DNA of 64,000 nt from NCBI GenBank assembly GCA_951406725.2, contig OX597816.1, forward strand, positions 67,828,001 through 67,892,000. Reading direction: 5' to 3'. Below the pieces are notes generated by a model, which was not told the origin of the DNA, searched no databases, and saw only the letters and a program-made list of their open reading frames with translations. The position numbers and the translations under genes were made by a program. This document shows, piece after piece, positions 63,651 through 64,000 of the stretch. The first letter of the stretch is position 1; each line of letters starts with the position of its first letter. This DNA comes from Octopus vulgaris. Its lineage: Eukaryota.

Positions 63651-64000
63651 CTGAACAAAAATGTCTTCCATTAGAAGGAAATCTTGATTTTTATTTTTTT
63701 TAAACATAGGGTATAAATATTGTGGGAAGGAAGGGATAACAACTTTATCAATCACAGTACTTAACTGGTCCTATATTTTATAGAGTCAACAAGGCTGAAA
63801 TACAAAAGTAAAAGCAACAGATATTGACATTGGGCACAAGCATAGCTGTATGGCTAAACAGCTTGCTTCCCAACCATGTGATTCGAGGTTCAGTCCCACT
63901 TGAAGGCACCTTGGACAAGTGTCTTCTGCTACAGCCCCAGGATGAGCAATACTGTGTGTGTGTGTGTGTGTGTGTGCACACGCATGTGCATGCCCTTGTC

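Overview
AT-rich, microsatellite- and repeat-dense eukaryotic DNA. The repeat families suggest an octopus genome (inference from repeat recognition, not proven). The window lies inside one minus-strand gene encoding Mediator subunit 12 (MED12/MED12L/kohtalo family). I traced 30 consecutive coding exons from 63650 down to 3416. All introns are GT-AG, every splice phase is compatible, and the total is 4993 nt (about 1664 codons). The N-terminus lies beyond the right edge and the remaining C-terminus apparently beyond the left edge. Introns carry three tRNA-derived SINE families, 5'-truncated RTE LINEs with (GAT)n tails, other LINE fragments, a decayed mariner, TA- and TTAA-flanked MITEs, a 723-bp foldback element, five non-autonomous Helitrons and a HINE-like element. 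Most notable: (1) an intact-looking minimal (Penelope-type) hammerhead ribozyme on the pre-mRNA strand at 59971-60005, with decayed relatives showing stem covariation; (2) a 341-bp tandem array with 682-bp higher-order structure built from an RTE 3'UTR; (3) all five Helitrons share one orientation and sit close to exons; (4) several long fold-back structures next to exons, which are candidate ADAR substrates. Most short ORFs in the supplied track are repeat or microsatellite artefacts.
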